48,095 nucleotides of DNA from Sandaracinaceae bacterium (GTDB lineage: Bacteria; Myxococcota_A; Polyangia; Polyangiales; Sandaracinaceae), in assembly GCA_044220955.1 (NCBI GenBank), contig JBGAQA010000049.1, positions 1-48,095 of the forward strand. Reading direction: 5' to 3'. The first letter of the stretch is position 1. Each line of letters opens with the position of its first letter. The notes under the pieces are model-generated. The model was not told the origin of the DNA. It searched no databases and saw nothing but the letters and a program-made list of their open reading frames with translations. Shown here one piece after another: positions 34,669 to 46,041 of the stretch. The translations under genes and the position numbers were made by a program.

Positions 34669-36453
34669 ATGGGCGGTGCACCCGAACCGTGGCGCGTCTC
34701 GGCGCTCCTTCCGACGCCGCTGGCCGACGACGCGGCGCTCGAGGCGCTCGCGCTCGCGCTCGCTCGCGTCGTCGATCCGAGCTTCGTGATCGCCGGCCCG
34801 CGCGTCGTGGCGCCGAGCGTGACCCACGTCATTCCCGCGGACGCCGCCGGCCCCGCTGGCACCGAGGACGTGCGGCGCACCACGCTCGGCGGCGGCGCGA
34901 CGCCGGGCGTCGTCCTCGAGATCACGGAGCGCCGCGTCGTGTGGGAGGACGTGACGTCCAGGGGCGAGCACAGCCACGTGGCCGCCGTCCGCGGCCTCGC
35001 CGCCGGCGTGGAGCTCTGGGTCGACCGCCTGCGCTCGAGCGTCTATGCGAGCGCGCCGCGCGAGGATCTGCTCCTGCCGCTCGCCGAGCACCTGGCTCGA
35101 GGCGCGGCCCGGGTCACGTGGGCCCCGCGCGCGCTCGCGCTCCCGGACATCGATCGCCTCCCGGGCCTGCTCGCGCGGCTCGGAGCGCGGTGGCGGCCGC
35201 CGGTCACGCCGGAGGCGCTCGCGGATGCAGCGCGATCGCTCGGAGCTCCGCTTCCACGCGAGCTCGCCGCGCTCTACGCGGCGGCGGACGGAGGCACGCT
35301 CGACGGGTGGGGCAGCGTGGAGCTCGTCCCGCTCTCGCGCGCGGTGCAGGAGCGCGCGCTGCCGAGCCCGCTCGTCCCCTTCGATCGGCTGCCCTTGCTC
35401 GTCGATCCGAGCGTGGACGCCAAGGTGCGACAGCTCGTGGTCCTCGCTGGACCGCTCGAGGGCCGGGTGCTGCTCCACGGGATCGACGGAGCGCTCTCGT
35501 TGACGAGCCCGTCGATCGTCACGTTCCTCGAGCAGCTCGCGCGCGCCGTGGAGACGCCGCACGAGGCGATCTACGGCTACGGCGGCATCGCCGACCTTCC
35601 TTCCTGGTACTCCGAGCGTCCGATCGAGCGGACGCGCGCCGACGCGGAGGCGGCGAGCGCGCTCGATCGCACCCACTCCGCGTCCCTGAGAGCGGGCGCG
35701 GGTGCGAGCGAGAAGGCCTGGTTCGGGCACCGGACCGCGATCGAGCTCGCGTGCACGCTCGCGCCGGCCGGAGACCTCCAGCAGCTCGGTCGCTGGCTCT
35801 ACACGAAGGGCGTGGAGCGTGCGGCCGCGGCGCGCCTGCGCCGCATCGGGACGAAGGACGCGCTCGGGCTCGTCGAGGCGCGTGAGCAGCGCTTCGTCGC
35901 GCTCGCCGAGCGCCTGCGCTCCGTGGCGGCGAAGCGTGGCGCGGAGTGGGTCGTGCGCGCGGGTCCGACCGGCCCCGTGCTGGATCGGTTCGGGGGCGTG
36001 CGCTGGCACCCACTTCCGCTCGACAGCCTGCACCTCGAGCGTGCGCAGACCGAGGAGGTGCAGCGCTGGGTCGACAGGCAGATCGAGGCGGCGCGCGCGC
36101 TCGACCGAGAGGCCCCGGCACGGTCGGCGGCTGCGCAGCCCCCGCGGCTCGTGCTCGACCCGGATCGCACGGTCGTCGTCGCGCGAGGCGAGGTGCGCTG
36201 CCGCGTCGAAGGCCTGGTCCTGCCCGTCTTCGAGAAGACGCCCGAGGGCACCGAGGTGTGGGCGTCGTTGACGCTCTCGATCGACGCCCGCGACGTGTGG
36301 ACGCTGACGCTGCTCTTGGCGAGCGACGACGGGTTCGGCTCCGTCGTGCTCCCCGGTGGGCGCACGCTCGTCTCGCGAGACGCGGGGCGCACGTGGGGAG
36401 CTGGCGCGCCGAGCGGAGGCCCCGCGATCGCGACGCTGTCGAACGAGACCTGA
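34669..36453 (+). CDS. multidomain protein with central SMI1/KNR4 (SUKH)-like domain
   Basis: PPVTPEALADAARSLGAPLPRELAALYAAADGG; C-terminal Asp-box-like SRDAGRTW; start uncertain. Confidence 0.65.
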   Translation: MGGAPEPWRVSALLPTPLADDAALEALALALARVVDPSFVIAGPRVVAPSVTHVIPADAAGPAGTEDVRRTTLGGGATPGVVLEITERRVVWEDVTSRGEHSHVAAVRGLAAGVELWVDRLRSSVYASAPREDLLLPLAEHLARGAARVTWAPRALALPDIDRLPGLLARLGARWRPPVTPEALADAARSLGAPLPRELAALYAAADGGTLDGWGSVELVPLSRAVQERALPSPLVPFDRLPLLVDPSVDAKVRQLVVLAGPLEGRVLLHGIDGALSLTSPSIVTFLEQLARAVETPHEAIYGYGGIADLPSWYSERPIERTRADAEAASALDRTHSASLRAGAGASEKAWFGHRTAIELACTLAPAGDLQQLGRWLYTKGVERAAAARLRRIGTKDALGLVEAREQRFVALAERLRSVAAKRGAEWVVRAGPTGPVLDRFGGVRWHPLPLDSLHLERAQTEEVQRWVDRQIEAARALDREAPARSAAAQPPRLVLDPDRTVVVARGEVRCRVEGLVLPVFEKTPEGTEVWASLTLSIDARDVWTLTLLLASDDGFGSVVLPGGRTLVSRDAGRTWGAGAPSGGPAIATLSNET

Positions 36454-36547
36454 CGCGCCCTCGCGATGTCCTCGGCGTCGGGCCGCGTGCTCATCCGTCG
36501 CTCGGAGCGTAACGGAGGTGCGGCGACCGCTTGAACGGCCGTCCCCG

Positions 36548-36722
36548 GTCTTTCGAGAGCGCGCGCCCCACCCGAAGACCGCTGCCCGGTCGTGCGAGAG
36601 CCTATGCACTCCCGAAGGACTTTCCGTCGGTCTCTCGAGAGTGTCCACGGTCTTCGAAGACCGGATGCAGTCTTTCGGGAGCGTTTGCGGTCTTCGAGGA
36701 TCCGTCCTGGACTTTCAGCTCG
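36548..36722. repeat. degenerate 20/41-bp periodic array upstream of the XRE gene
   Basis: Units at 36548, 36589, 36630, 36670, 36710 (GTCTTTCGAGAG-like) alternating with CGAAGAC-like units at 36568, 36609, 36650, 36690. Confidence 0.6.
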
Positions 36723-36842
36723 CCCGCGATCCCGTGGATGGCCTGGAGAGTCTCGTTCACACGGGGTCGGTCGGTCTCGATCGTCTGAAAGATCCGTTTT
36801 GGAGCCGCCGGGACCGCCGGAAACGCCGTACCCTGCGTTTCC

Positions 36843-37340
36843 ATGGCCTCGCCTCCCGTCAAGACGTTCTCCTCCGTCCTTCGGGCGTTCCGAGCCCGGC
36901 GCAAGATCAACGGCGTGGAGCTGGCCAAGCTCGCCGGCATCTCGCCGCGCTCCGTCTCGCGCTGGACCGGCACGCGCGTACGTCCGCGCGAGTCCGACGC
37001 GCGCAAGCTGATCGTGGCCATCGCCACGATGGACTACCCGGCGGCCGTCGAGCTGGCGCAGCTCCTCGACCTGCAGCCGCCCCCGGATCCGTCGCCGCGT
37101 CCGGTGGGCGTGGCCGCGCAGCCGAGCGCGGCCGCCGCTCCGCCCCGCACGGTCGAGCCCCCGCCGCCGCCACCGATCCCGGACGAGCTGCGCATCGATC
37201 CCGTCGAGGCAGCGGTGTTCCGCGCCGCCGAGGCGCTCGGCGTGTCGCCCACGCCGCTGAGGCCCGTGCTCGCACGGTTCCTCGGGCAGGTCGCAGCGCT
37301 CGGGATCACGGCGGGCGAGGCGCAGACGCGGGTCGGGTGA
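36843..37340 (+). CDS. XRE-family HTH protein with Pro-rich linker
   Basis: LRAFRARRKINGVELAKLAGISPRSVSRW...P. Confidence 0.8.
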   Translation: MASPPVKTFSSVLRAFRARRKINGVELAKLAGISPRSVSRWTGTRVRPRESDARKLIVAIATMDYPAAVELAQLLDLQPPPDPSPRPVGVAAQPSAAAAPPRTVEPPPPPPIPDELRIDPVEAAVFRAAEALGVSPTPLRPVLARFLGQVAALGITAGEAQTRVG

Positions 37341-37361
37341 CCGAGTGTTGTCGCCTGTCCT

Positions 37362-37437
37362 GATCAGTCGGAGTGCCCGCCGACGGCGGGCCGACACAAT
37401 TGTGTCGGCTCGGCTCTGCCGAGCACTCCGGCTGATC
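37362..37437. other. 76-nt four-way-junction palindromic element
   Basis: 14-bp closing stem plus three contiguous hairpins (see findings). Confidence 0.75.
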
Positions 37438-37767
37438 GAGCGGCGCGATCGACGCGTCATCGGCCTCGTGGACCGCGCCCGAGGCCGCGGCCCGATCACC
37501 GTCCCGGCGGCGGTGCTCGCCGAGTGGTGGAGCGCTCAGCCGCGTGCGGCTGCCATCCTCGACGCGGTCGTCGTCGAGCCGCTCACCGAGCGCGTGGCCA
37601 AGGCGGCCGGCGAGGCGCGGGCCGCTCTGCGCCGGACGGTGAGCCCCGTCGACGCCATCGTCCTGGCGTCCGCGGCCCAGCGAGGCGACCTCGTCCTCAC
37701 GAGCGACATCCCGGATCTCACGCGCCTGCTCGATCGGTTCCGCGAGGTGCGCCTCCTGCGCGCGTAG
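37432..37767 (+). pseudogene. PIN/VapC-like ribonuclease lacking its N-terminus
   Basis: VPAAVLAEWW, SPVDAIV, VLTSDIPDL present; first catalytic motif (hhD.galia) and antitoxin gene absent. Confidence 0.65.
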
Positions 37768-37788
37768 GCGCGCCGCGGGCTCGCTCCC

Positions 37789-38343
37789 TCAGCAGGGGAT
37801 CGCGCTGGCCCACGAGAGCGTCAGCGTCACGTCCCCGAAGACGAGGGTGCCACCGCCGACCCAGCCCGTGGAGCACGCGCCGAGCGAGAACGACGTGCTG
37901 ACGAGCGAGCCCGAGAGCTCGGTGCCCCCGCGCCACGCCTCGAGCGCCGGCACGACGCCGCTCCTCGGCCCGTTCGTCACCATGAACGCGGCGTAGCCGA
38001 GACGGGACGCGTCGAAGGGACCGTCCTCGGGGCTGCCCGCCGGCGGATAGCCGACGATCACGAGGTAGGGCGAGCCGTCGCTCGCACCGATGCGCATCGC
38101 GCCGCTGGTCGGCACGCCGATCCGGTGAAACGCCGAGGCGCCTCCCGTGCACAGCGCACCGAGCGCCGCGATTTGTGCAGAGGAGCCGGTGCACGACACG
38201 ACGTGGGCGACGGCGGGTACCGAGGCCGCGGCCGTGATCCGCGCGCTCGGCGCGTCCGGGACGCGCGGACGATCGATCGGCGCACAGCCCACGAGCCAGA
38301 GCGTGCCGAGCACGAGCGAGACGGCGAGACGGCGGGCGTTCAT
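37789..38343 (-). CDS. lipoprotein, function unknown
   Basis: MNARRLAVSLVLGTLWLVGC lipobox; SD-like GAGG upstream. Confidence 0.7.
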   Translation of the reverse strand: MNARRLAVSLVLGTLWLVGCAPIDRPRVPDAPSARITAAASVPAVAHVVSCTGSSAQIAALGALCTGGASAFHRIGVPTSGAMRIGASDGSPYLVIVGYPPAGSPEDGPFDASRLGYAAFMVTNGPRSGVVPALEAWRGGTELSGSLVSTSFSLGACSTGWVGGGTLVFGDVTLTLSWASAIPC

Positions 38344-38364
38344 GGCGACCTCGCATGCCCTCAC

Positions 38365-38380
38365 ATCAAGTCGCGTGCCA
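38365..38380 (-). promoter_or_regulatory. putative sigma54 promoter
   Basis: Minus strand TGGCACG-CGAC-TTGAT, 21 nt upstream of ATG 38343 (-12 element GA rather than GC). Confidence 0.5.
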
Positions 38381-38416
38381 GCGCCGAAGTGTGCCACGGC
38401 GAGCTCTCGCTCTCGC

Positions 38417-40741
<2,325 letters not shown>

Positions 40742-40949
40742 GCGGCGCGGAGGGTAGCGAGCGATCCGCACGCTGGGAAGCCGAACCGAGCGTCCGCCGG
40801 ACCGGACGACCGGGGCCGAAGAGCCCGCGAAGAACGCTGGCGCGGGCCCTTCGCGTTCCCCGGGGAGATCGGCGGCGCGCCCGAGTTCGTGAGGTCGCCG
40901 CCGAGCTCGAGATCGACGCGAGCCGGTAGCCGCGTCGTCGCTGCCGTGC

Positions 40950-41411
40950 TCAGCGGGCGGAGTCGTCGCAGGCGTGCTGGACGGACTGCATCATCGACGG
41001 ACAGCGCGGGTCCGCCTGCCGGCCGAGCTCGGCGCACTCGGTCCGCGCCCACGTGGCGCCCGCCATGATCTCCGTCGAGCGCGGCACGCCGTCGCAGAAC
41101 CCCGGCGTCGCGGCGCAGCGCCGCAGACACTCCTCCATGAACACGGTGACCTGCGTGATGCAGGAGAGCTCGGTCGGGCCGCAGAGATCGCTGCGACGGA
41201 AGCTCTCGTCGCGACACGCGAGCTGATCGTGCGACCCCGCGAACGCGTCGGCCTCGGGGATCGTCCGCTCGGCGTCACGCATCGCCTGCTCGCCGAACTG
41301 CTCCATCTGGAAGATCCCGAAGACACCGCAGACGAGGCAGACGAGCCCGCCGCCACCGAAGAGCACGGCGAGGATGATCGCGACGCGCTTGTTGCCCTCG
41401 GTCATCGCCAT
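40950..41411 (-). CDS. Cys-rich membrane-anchored hypothetical protein
   Basis: SD GGAGG upstream, N-terminal TM, many Cys; lies between purQ and purL. Confidence 0.75.
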   Translation of the reverse strand: MAMTEGNKRVAIILAVLFGGGGLVCLVCGVFGIFQMEQFGEQAMRDAERTIPEADAFAGSHDQLACRDESFRRSDLCGPTELSCITQVTVFMEECLRRCAATPGFCDGVPRSTEIMAGATWARTECAELGRQADPRCPSMMQSVQHACDDSAR

Positions 41412-41426
41412 GGCGCTCTCCCTCCC

Positions 41427-42095
41427 CTAGCTGAGGAGCGACTCGAAGAGGCGGCGACCGTCGGCGTTGCCGAGGATGGCCTCGCTCGCACGCTCGGGGT
41501 GGGGCATCAGCCCGAGGACGTTCTTCCGGGCGTCGTAGACGCCGGCGACGTCGGCCTTGCTGCCGTTGGGGTTGCCGTCCGCGCCGCCGTCCGGGGCGAC
41601 GTAGCGGAAGGCGATCTGCCCCTCGCCCTCGAGCCGCGCGAGGGTCTCGTCGTCGCAGTGGTAGCGGCCCTCGCCGTGCGCGATGGGCAATCGCAGCACC
41701 GTGCCCGCGTCCATGCGCGTGAAGCGGCCGCGGGCCTCCACCTTCAGCCACACGTCGCGGCACTCGAAGCGCATCGACGCGTTGCGCACGAGCGCCCCCG
41801 GCAGGAGGCCCATCTCGGTCAGCACCTGGAACCCGTTGCAGATCCCGAGGACAGGCCCGCCGCGCTTGGCGAACGCGGCGATCGCGTCGGCGATGGGCGA
41901 GAAGCGGGCGATGGCGCCGCAGCGAAGGTAGTCGCCGTGCGCGAAGCCGCCCGGCACGACGACGAATTCCGCGTCACCCAGGGACGACTCCTTGTGGAAC
42001 ACGAAGCGCGCGTCCCAGCCCATCACGTCGCGCGTCACGTGGAGCGCGTCCCAGTCCGCGTTGCTTCCGGGGAACTGCACGACGGCGACCTTCAT
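41427..42095 (-). CDS. purQ: phosphoribosylformylglycinamidine synthase subunit PurQ
   Basis: MKVAVVQFPGSN, PGGFAHGDYLR, GICNGFQ, AHGEG, NPNGS, MPHPER. Confidence 0.97.
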   Translation of the reverse strand: MKVAVVQFPGSNADWDALHVTRDVMGWDARFVFHKESSLGDAEFVVVPGGFAHGDYLRCGAIARFSPIADAIAAFAKRGGPVLGICNGFQVLTEMGLLPGALVRNASMRFECRDVWLKVEARGRFTRMDAGTVLRLPIAHGEGRYHCDDETLARLEGEGQIAFRYVAPDGGADGNPNGSKADVAGVYDARKNVLGLMPHPERASEAILGNADGRRLFESLLS

Positions 42096-42150
42096 CCGCG
42101 GCTCTATATCATACGGCGGCGCGCGATCGACGACCCGCGGACCCGGTGGT

Positions 42151-42732
42151 ATGCGAGCAGGCGTGACCACGCCCGTCGCCCTCTGCGCGCCCGTCTTCGC
42201 CCTCGCGCTCACGGTCTCTCTCACCGGCTGTGGCGGCGGTGCGACGTCGCCGGGCGACGACGCGGGCGGGGGCGGCGACGACGCGGGCAGCGCGGACACC
42301 GGCGAGTTCTCGACGCCGTCGACGTGCTCCTCCGGCTCGACCTGGACGCGCGGCGACGTCGGCTCGTCGTTCATGCATCCGGGTCTCGCGTGCATCGCGT
42401 GTCACCTCGGGGACCGTCGCGCGCCGAACTTCGGCTTCGCGGGGACCGTCTACCCGACGGGGCACGAGCCCGACGACTGCGACGGCGTGAACGGTTTCGA
42501 TCGGGACGTGCACGTCATCGTGACGGACGCACTGGGCAACGTGCAGGACGTCCAGATGAACGACGTCGGGAACTTCTACTCGACGGCCACCGTGGCGCTC
42601 CCGATCACCGCCGAGCTGGTGTACGAGGGCCGAACGCGCGCCATGACCACGCCCGTCACGAGCGGCGACTGCAACGCGTGCCACACGGAGACCGGCACCG
42701 ACGGCGCACCCGGACGCCTCCTCGTCCCCTGA
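42151..42732 (+). CDS. diheme c-type cytochrome lipoprotein
   Basis: Lipobox SLTGC; two CxxCH motifs (CIACH, CNACH). Confidence 0.8.
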   Translation: MRAGVTTPVALCAPVFALALTVSLTGCGGGATSPGDDAGGGGDDAGSADTGEFSTPSTCSSGSTWTRGDVGSSFMHPGLACIACHLGDRRAPNFGFAGTVYPTGHEPDDCDGVNGFDRDVHVIVTDALGNVQDVQMNDVGNFYSTATVALPITAELVYEGRTRAMTTPVTSGDCNACHTETGTDGAPGRLLVP

Positions 42733-42768
42733 ACGGCCGGTCTTCCGTCCGCGGCGGCGGCCGGCGCT

Positions 42769-43992
42769 TCAGCGGAGGGCGACGCTCGTGCCCGGCGCGT
42801 AGACGCGCGAGATCACGCGAACGCCCGTGTGCATCGCGGGCGCCGGGATGAACGTGAGCCAGACGGCGCTGCGGCTCTCGTCGTCCATGTAGTGCTCGCG
42901 GTTGGCCATCAGCATCTCGCGGGTGCCGTCGCCGTCGAAGTCGTCGATCAGCACGTCGGCGAACGACTCACAGCTCGCGCCGAGCCAGGGCACCGACCAG
43001 CAGCGCCGTGCGTCGCAGGTCGCGACGCGGAAGTGATCGTTGGCGCAGAACGCGATCGCCTGCGTGCCGTGACCGTCGAGGTCGACCACGCCGAGGGTTC
43101 GCGTCGCCTGCGTGTCCACGGTACGCACGTTCTCGAGCGAGGGCGTCGCGAGGAAGATGCCGTCGCTGCCGGCGAACGCGATGTCGAGCGCGCCGTCGGC
43201 GTCGAAGTCGCCGAACGTGCTCGTCCAGCCGTCGTGCGGCAGCGGCGTCACCGCAGCCGCTCCGCCGCGCGCGGGCACGATCGAGAGGCTCGGCGCGCTC
43301 GAGTCCGCGTCCGTCTCGCCGGTGTAGCCCTGCGCCGCGACGAGGAGCTCGGCGGCGGTACCCGTGCCGCGCACCGTCGCGAAGATCGGCGCCATCACCA
43401 CGTCGGCGATGCGACGCGAGCGGCGACCGCGCACGTAGATCGACGCGGCGCCGCGGCGGCCGGTGTAGGGCTCGCCGTTCTCGATCACCACGAGATCCTC
43501 ACGCCCCTCCCCGTCCGCGTCGAAGTGCGCGAGCGATCGGGGCGTGCCGCGGAAAGGGCGCGTCGCCCGGCCGAACGTCGCGTCGTCGCGCATGGGCACG
43601 AGGTAGACGCCGCCGCCGCGGCCGCCGCCGTGCGAGGAGAACTGCGCGAAACCGAGCGCGAGCTCCGGCTCCGTACCGCCCGCGAGGTCCATGACGAGCG
43701 GGCGCATCGTCATGAGGTGGTCGGGCTCGGTCCCGCGCGTCGGCGCCGTGCTCGCGCCCGCCCACGAGAAGACCGTCTCACCGACGGCGGTCAGCCCCTC
43801 GGCGGCGCGCTCGACGCGCATCACCAGGTACGTGCCGCAGGCGCCGACGAGCAAGCGGTGCCCGGCGCCCGGCAGCGACGTGATGGACACGCCCGGCGCG
43901 TCGGTGGAGCTGCAGATCATCTGGTGGACCTGCGCGCGCGCAGGCGCGGCGAGGCCGAGCAACAGGACGAGCGCGGGGAGCGACAGGCGCAT
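42769..43992 (-). CDS. secreted FG-GAP/VCBS repeat protein
   Basis: Signal ending ARA-Q; DADGEGREDL, GDFDADGALDI, DFDGDGTREM. Confidence 0.8.
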   Translation of the reverse strand: MRLSLPALVLLLGLAAPARAQVHQMICSSTDAPGVSITSLPGAGHRLLVGACGTYLVMRVERAAEGLTAVGETVFSWAGASTAPTRGTEPDHLMTMRPLVMDLAGGTEPELALGFAQFSSHGGGRGGGVYLVPMRDDATFGRATRPFRGTPRSLAHFDADGEGREDLVVIENGEPYTGRRGAASIYVRGRRSRRIADVVMAPIFATVRGTGTAAELLVAAQGYTGETDADSSAPSLSIVPARGGAAAVTPLPHDGWTSTFGDFDADGALDIAFAGSDGIFLATPSLENVRTVDTQATRTLGVVDLDGHGTQAIAFCANDHFRVATCDARRCWSVPWLGASCESFADVLIDDFDGDGTREMLMANREHYMDDESRSAVWLTFIPAPAMHTGVRVISRVYAPGTSVALR

Positions 43993-44038
43993 GCCGCCAG
44001 CGTCCCCGACCCATCGGGAGCGGGTCAAATCAGGTCGC

Positions 44039-44082
44039 TTGACCTGACGGTGAACATCGTTCACTTTGTAAGCGTGGTTCAC
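44039..44082 (+). promoter_or_regulatory. sigma70-type promoter with TetR operator
   Basis: -35 TTGACC 44039, 17-nt spacer, -10 CACTTT 44062; palindrome GTGAAC-ATC-GTTCAC 44050-44064; degenerate copy 44068-44082. Confidence 0.65.
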
Positions 44083-44796
44083 GAATCGACCGAGGCGCCC
44101 TCCCCGCGGGCCATCCGCCGCGAGCGGGCTGCCGAGCGAATCCTCGACACCGCCGAGGCGATCCTCGGCGCGGAGGGCGCGGCGGCGCTGACCATGCAGC
44201 GGCTCGCCAAGGAGCTCGGCTTCACGGTCGGCGCGACGTACCGCTACTTCGAGTCGAAGGAGGCGATCGTGGCGGCGCTCCAGCGCCGCGTGTTCCTCGG
44301 GCTCTCGGACGACCTCGCCGCGCTGCTCGATGCCTCCGTCTGTGACCCGCTCGTTCGCCTGGCGGTGGTCGCGCGCATCTACGCGACGCTCGCGCGGCGT
44401 CGACCGCTGCACGCTCACCTGCTCTCGCGGCTGATGGGCGAGCCCGAGAACGTGCTCGACGCGTCCCACGCGCTACCGAACATGCACCTCGCGATCGGCA
44501 TCGGCGCCGCGGGCGTGCGGGAGATCTCCGCCGCGCGGCAAGCGGGGGCCCTCGCGCCGGGCGACGACGCGCAGCGCGGCCTGGTGCTCTGGGCCTCGCT
44601 CGTCGGCATCGAGCAGACGCGCAAGCTCGAGCGCTGGCAGGTCCCCGGCCTCCGGGCCGGCGCGCTCGCCGATCAGCTGGTTCGCACGCTCCTGATCGGC
44701 TGGGGCGCGAGCCCCGAGGCGACGGACGACGCGATGGCGCGCGCGAAGGTGCTGGTCCCCTCGGACGGCGAGAAGCTCAAGGAGAAGAAGCGATGA
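44074..44796 (+). CDS. TetR/AcrR family transcriptional regulator
   Basis: ILDTAEAILGAEG...LTMQRLAKELGFTVGATYRYFESKEAI. Confidence 0.92.
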   Translation: MVHESTEAPSPRAIRRERAAERILDTAEAILGAEGAAALTMQRLAKELGFTVGATYRYFESKEAIVAALQRRVFLGLSDDLAALLDASVCDPLVRLAVVARIYATLARRRPLHAHLLSRLMGEPENVLDASHALPNMHLAIGIGAAGVREISAARQAGALAPGDDAQRGLVLWASLVGIEQTRKLERWQVPGLRAGALADQLVRTLLIGWGASPEATDDAMARAKVLVPSDGEKLKEKKR

Positions 44797-45338
44797 TGGC
44801 GTTCACGATCGGGCTCTGTGTCGGCGTCTTGCTCTGGACCCTGCTCGAGTACTGCCTGCATCGCTTCGCGTTCCATCGACGGATCTTCGGGGCGCTCGTC
44901 GCCAAGGAGCACATCCTGCACCACGCGAAGGTCGACTACTTCGCGCACTGGTCGATGAAGGTCGCGATCGCGATCCCGGTCCTCTTCGCGATCATGGCCC
45001 TCTCGTCGCTGCTCGTCGGCGTCGAGCTCGGAACGAGCGTCCCGATCGGCGTGCTGCTCGGCTACGGGTTCTACGAGGTGCTGCACCGCCGCATCCACGT
45101 CAGCGCGCCCATGGGCGCGTACGGACGCTGGGCGCGCCGCCACCACCTCCTGCACCACTTCGGCAAGGCCGACATGAACCACGGCGTGACCTCGCCCGTC
45201 TGGGACATCGCGTTCGGCACGCTCGCGCCCCGTACGCACGTGCGCGTGCCCAAGCAGCACGCCGCGAAGTTCCCCTGGCTCCTCGACGAGGCGAGCGCGA
45301 TCCAGCCGGTCTACGCGAGCGACTACCGGATCGGCTGA
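44793..45338 (+). CDS. fatty acid hydroxylase/sterol desaturase family protein (FA2H-like)
   Basis: His boxes EYCLHRFAFH, HILHH, HRRIH, HLLHHF; NHGVTSPVWDIAFGT; ATGA overlap with TetR. Confidence 0.9.
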   Translation: MMAFTIGLCVGVLLWTLLEYCLHRFAFHRRIFGALVAKEHILHHAKVDYFAHWSMKVAIAIPVLFAIMALSSLLVGVELGTSVPIGVLLGYGFYEVLHRRIHVSAPMGAYGRWARRHHLLHHFGKADMNHGVTSPVWDIAFGTLAPRTHVRVPKQHAAKFPWLLDEASAIQPVYASDYRIG

Positions 45339-45362
45339 CGCGACTCGGGCGCGGGGCCGGGC

Positions 45363-46034
45363 TCAGCCGGCGAGCCGGCGTGCGAGCGGCGCGAGCTGCC
45401 TCGAGGCGTCGGCTACCTCGGTCCGCGTGACCTCGAGCACGCGGTCCGCAGGGACCGCGAGCCGGCGGACGAGCGCCGCGGCGTTGGACCCCGTCGATGC
45501 GTCGGGGATCGCGGGAGCACTGAGCACGATCGCGATCGGCGCGACCCCGGCCGCGGCGAGCACGTGCGCGGCCGCGTGGGACAGGCTGATCGTCCCGAGC
45601 CGGTCGGCCGCGACCAGCACGACGCCCGCACCGAGCGCGCGCGCGAGGGACACCGCGTCGTGGTCCCAGGTGAGCGGCGCGAGCACCCCGCCGGCGCCCT
45701 CGACCAGGGCCACGTCCTTGCCGGCGGCATGCGCTCGGATCTCGCGGACGAGCGCGTCGAAGTCGATCGTGCGGCCCTCGCGATCGGCGGCGAGGGCGGG
45801 GGCGAGCGGCGCGCGCAGGCGCACGAGCGCGTGCCGCGGCTCGGCCTGCCCCGTGGCCGCAGCGAGGCGCTCGCCGTCGCCATCCTCGGCGTCCAGCCCC
45901 GACTCGAGCGGCTTGATCGCGACGACCTCGCGATCGCGCGCGAGCGCGAGCGCGAGCGCCTCCGTCACGAAGGTCTTCCCGACGCCGGTGTCGGTGCCGG
46001 TCACCACCACGAAGCGCGTCACGACGGACTCCAT
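45363..46034 (-). CDS. bioD: dethiobiotin synthase
   Basis: VTGTDTGVGKT, KPLESG, PLAPALAA, VEGAGG, LGTIS. Confidence 0.93.
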   Translation of the reverse strand: MESVVTRFVVVTGTDTGVGKTFVTEALALALARDREVVAIKPLESGLDAEDGDGERLAAATGQAEPRHALVRLRAPLAPALAADREGRTIDFDALVREIRAHAAGKDVALVEGAGGVLAPLTWDHDAVSLARALGAGVVLVAADRLGTISLSHAAAHVLAAAGVAPIAIVLSAPAIPDASTGSNAAALVRRLAVPADRVLEVTRTEVADASRQLAPLARRLAG

Positions 46035-46041
46035 AGCCCGC

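Noticed and set aside
36548..36722. Possible degenerate CRISPR array
   Set aside because: Period of 20/41 bp is too short and the units too divergent
37362..37437. tRNA (76 nt, cloverleaf)
   Set aside because: No TTC T-loop, D-loop, 7-nt anticodon loop or CCA; stem lengths are wrong
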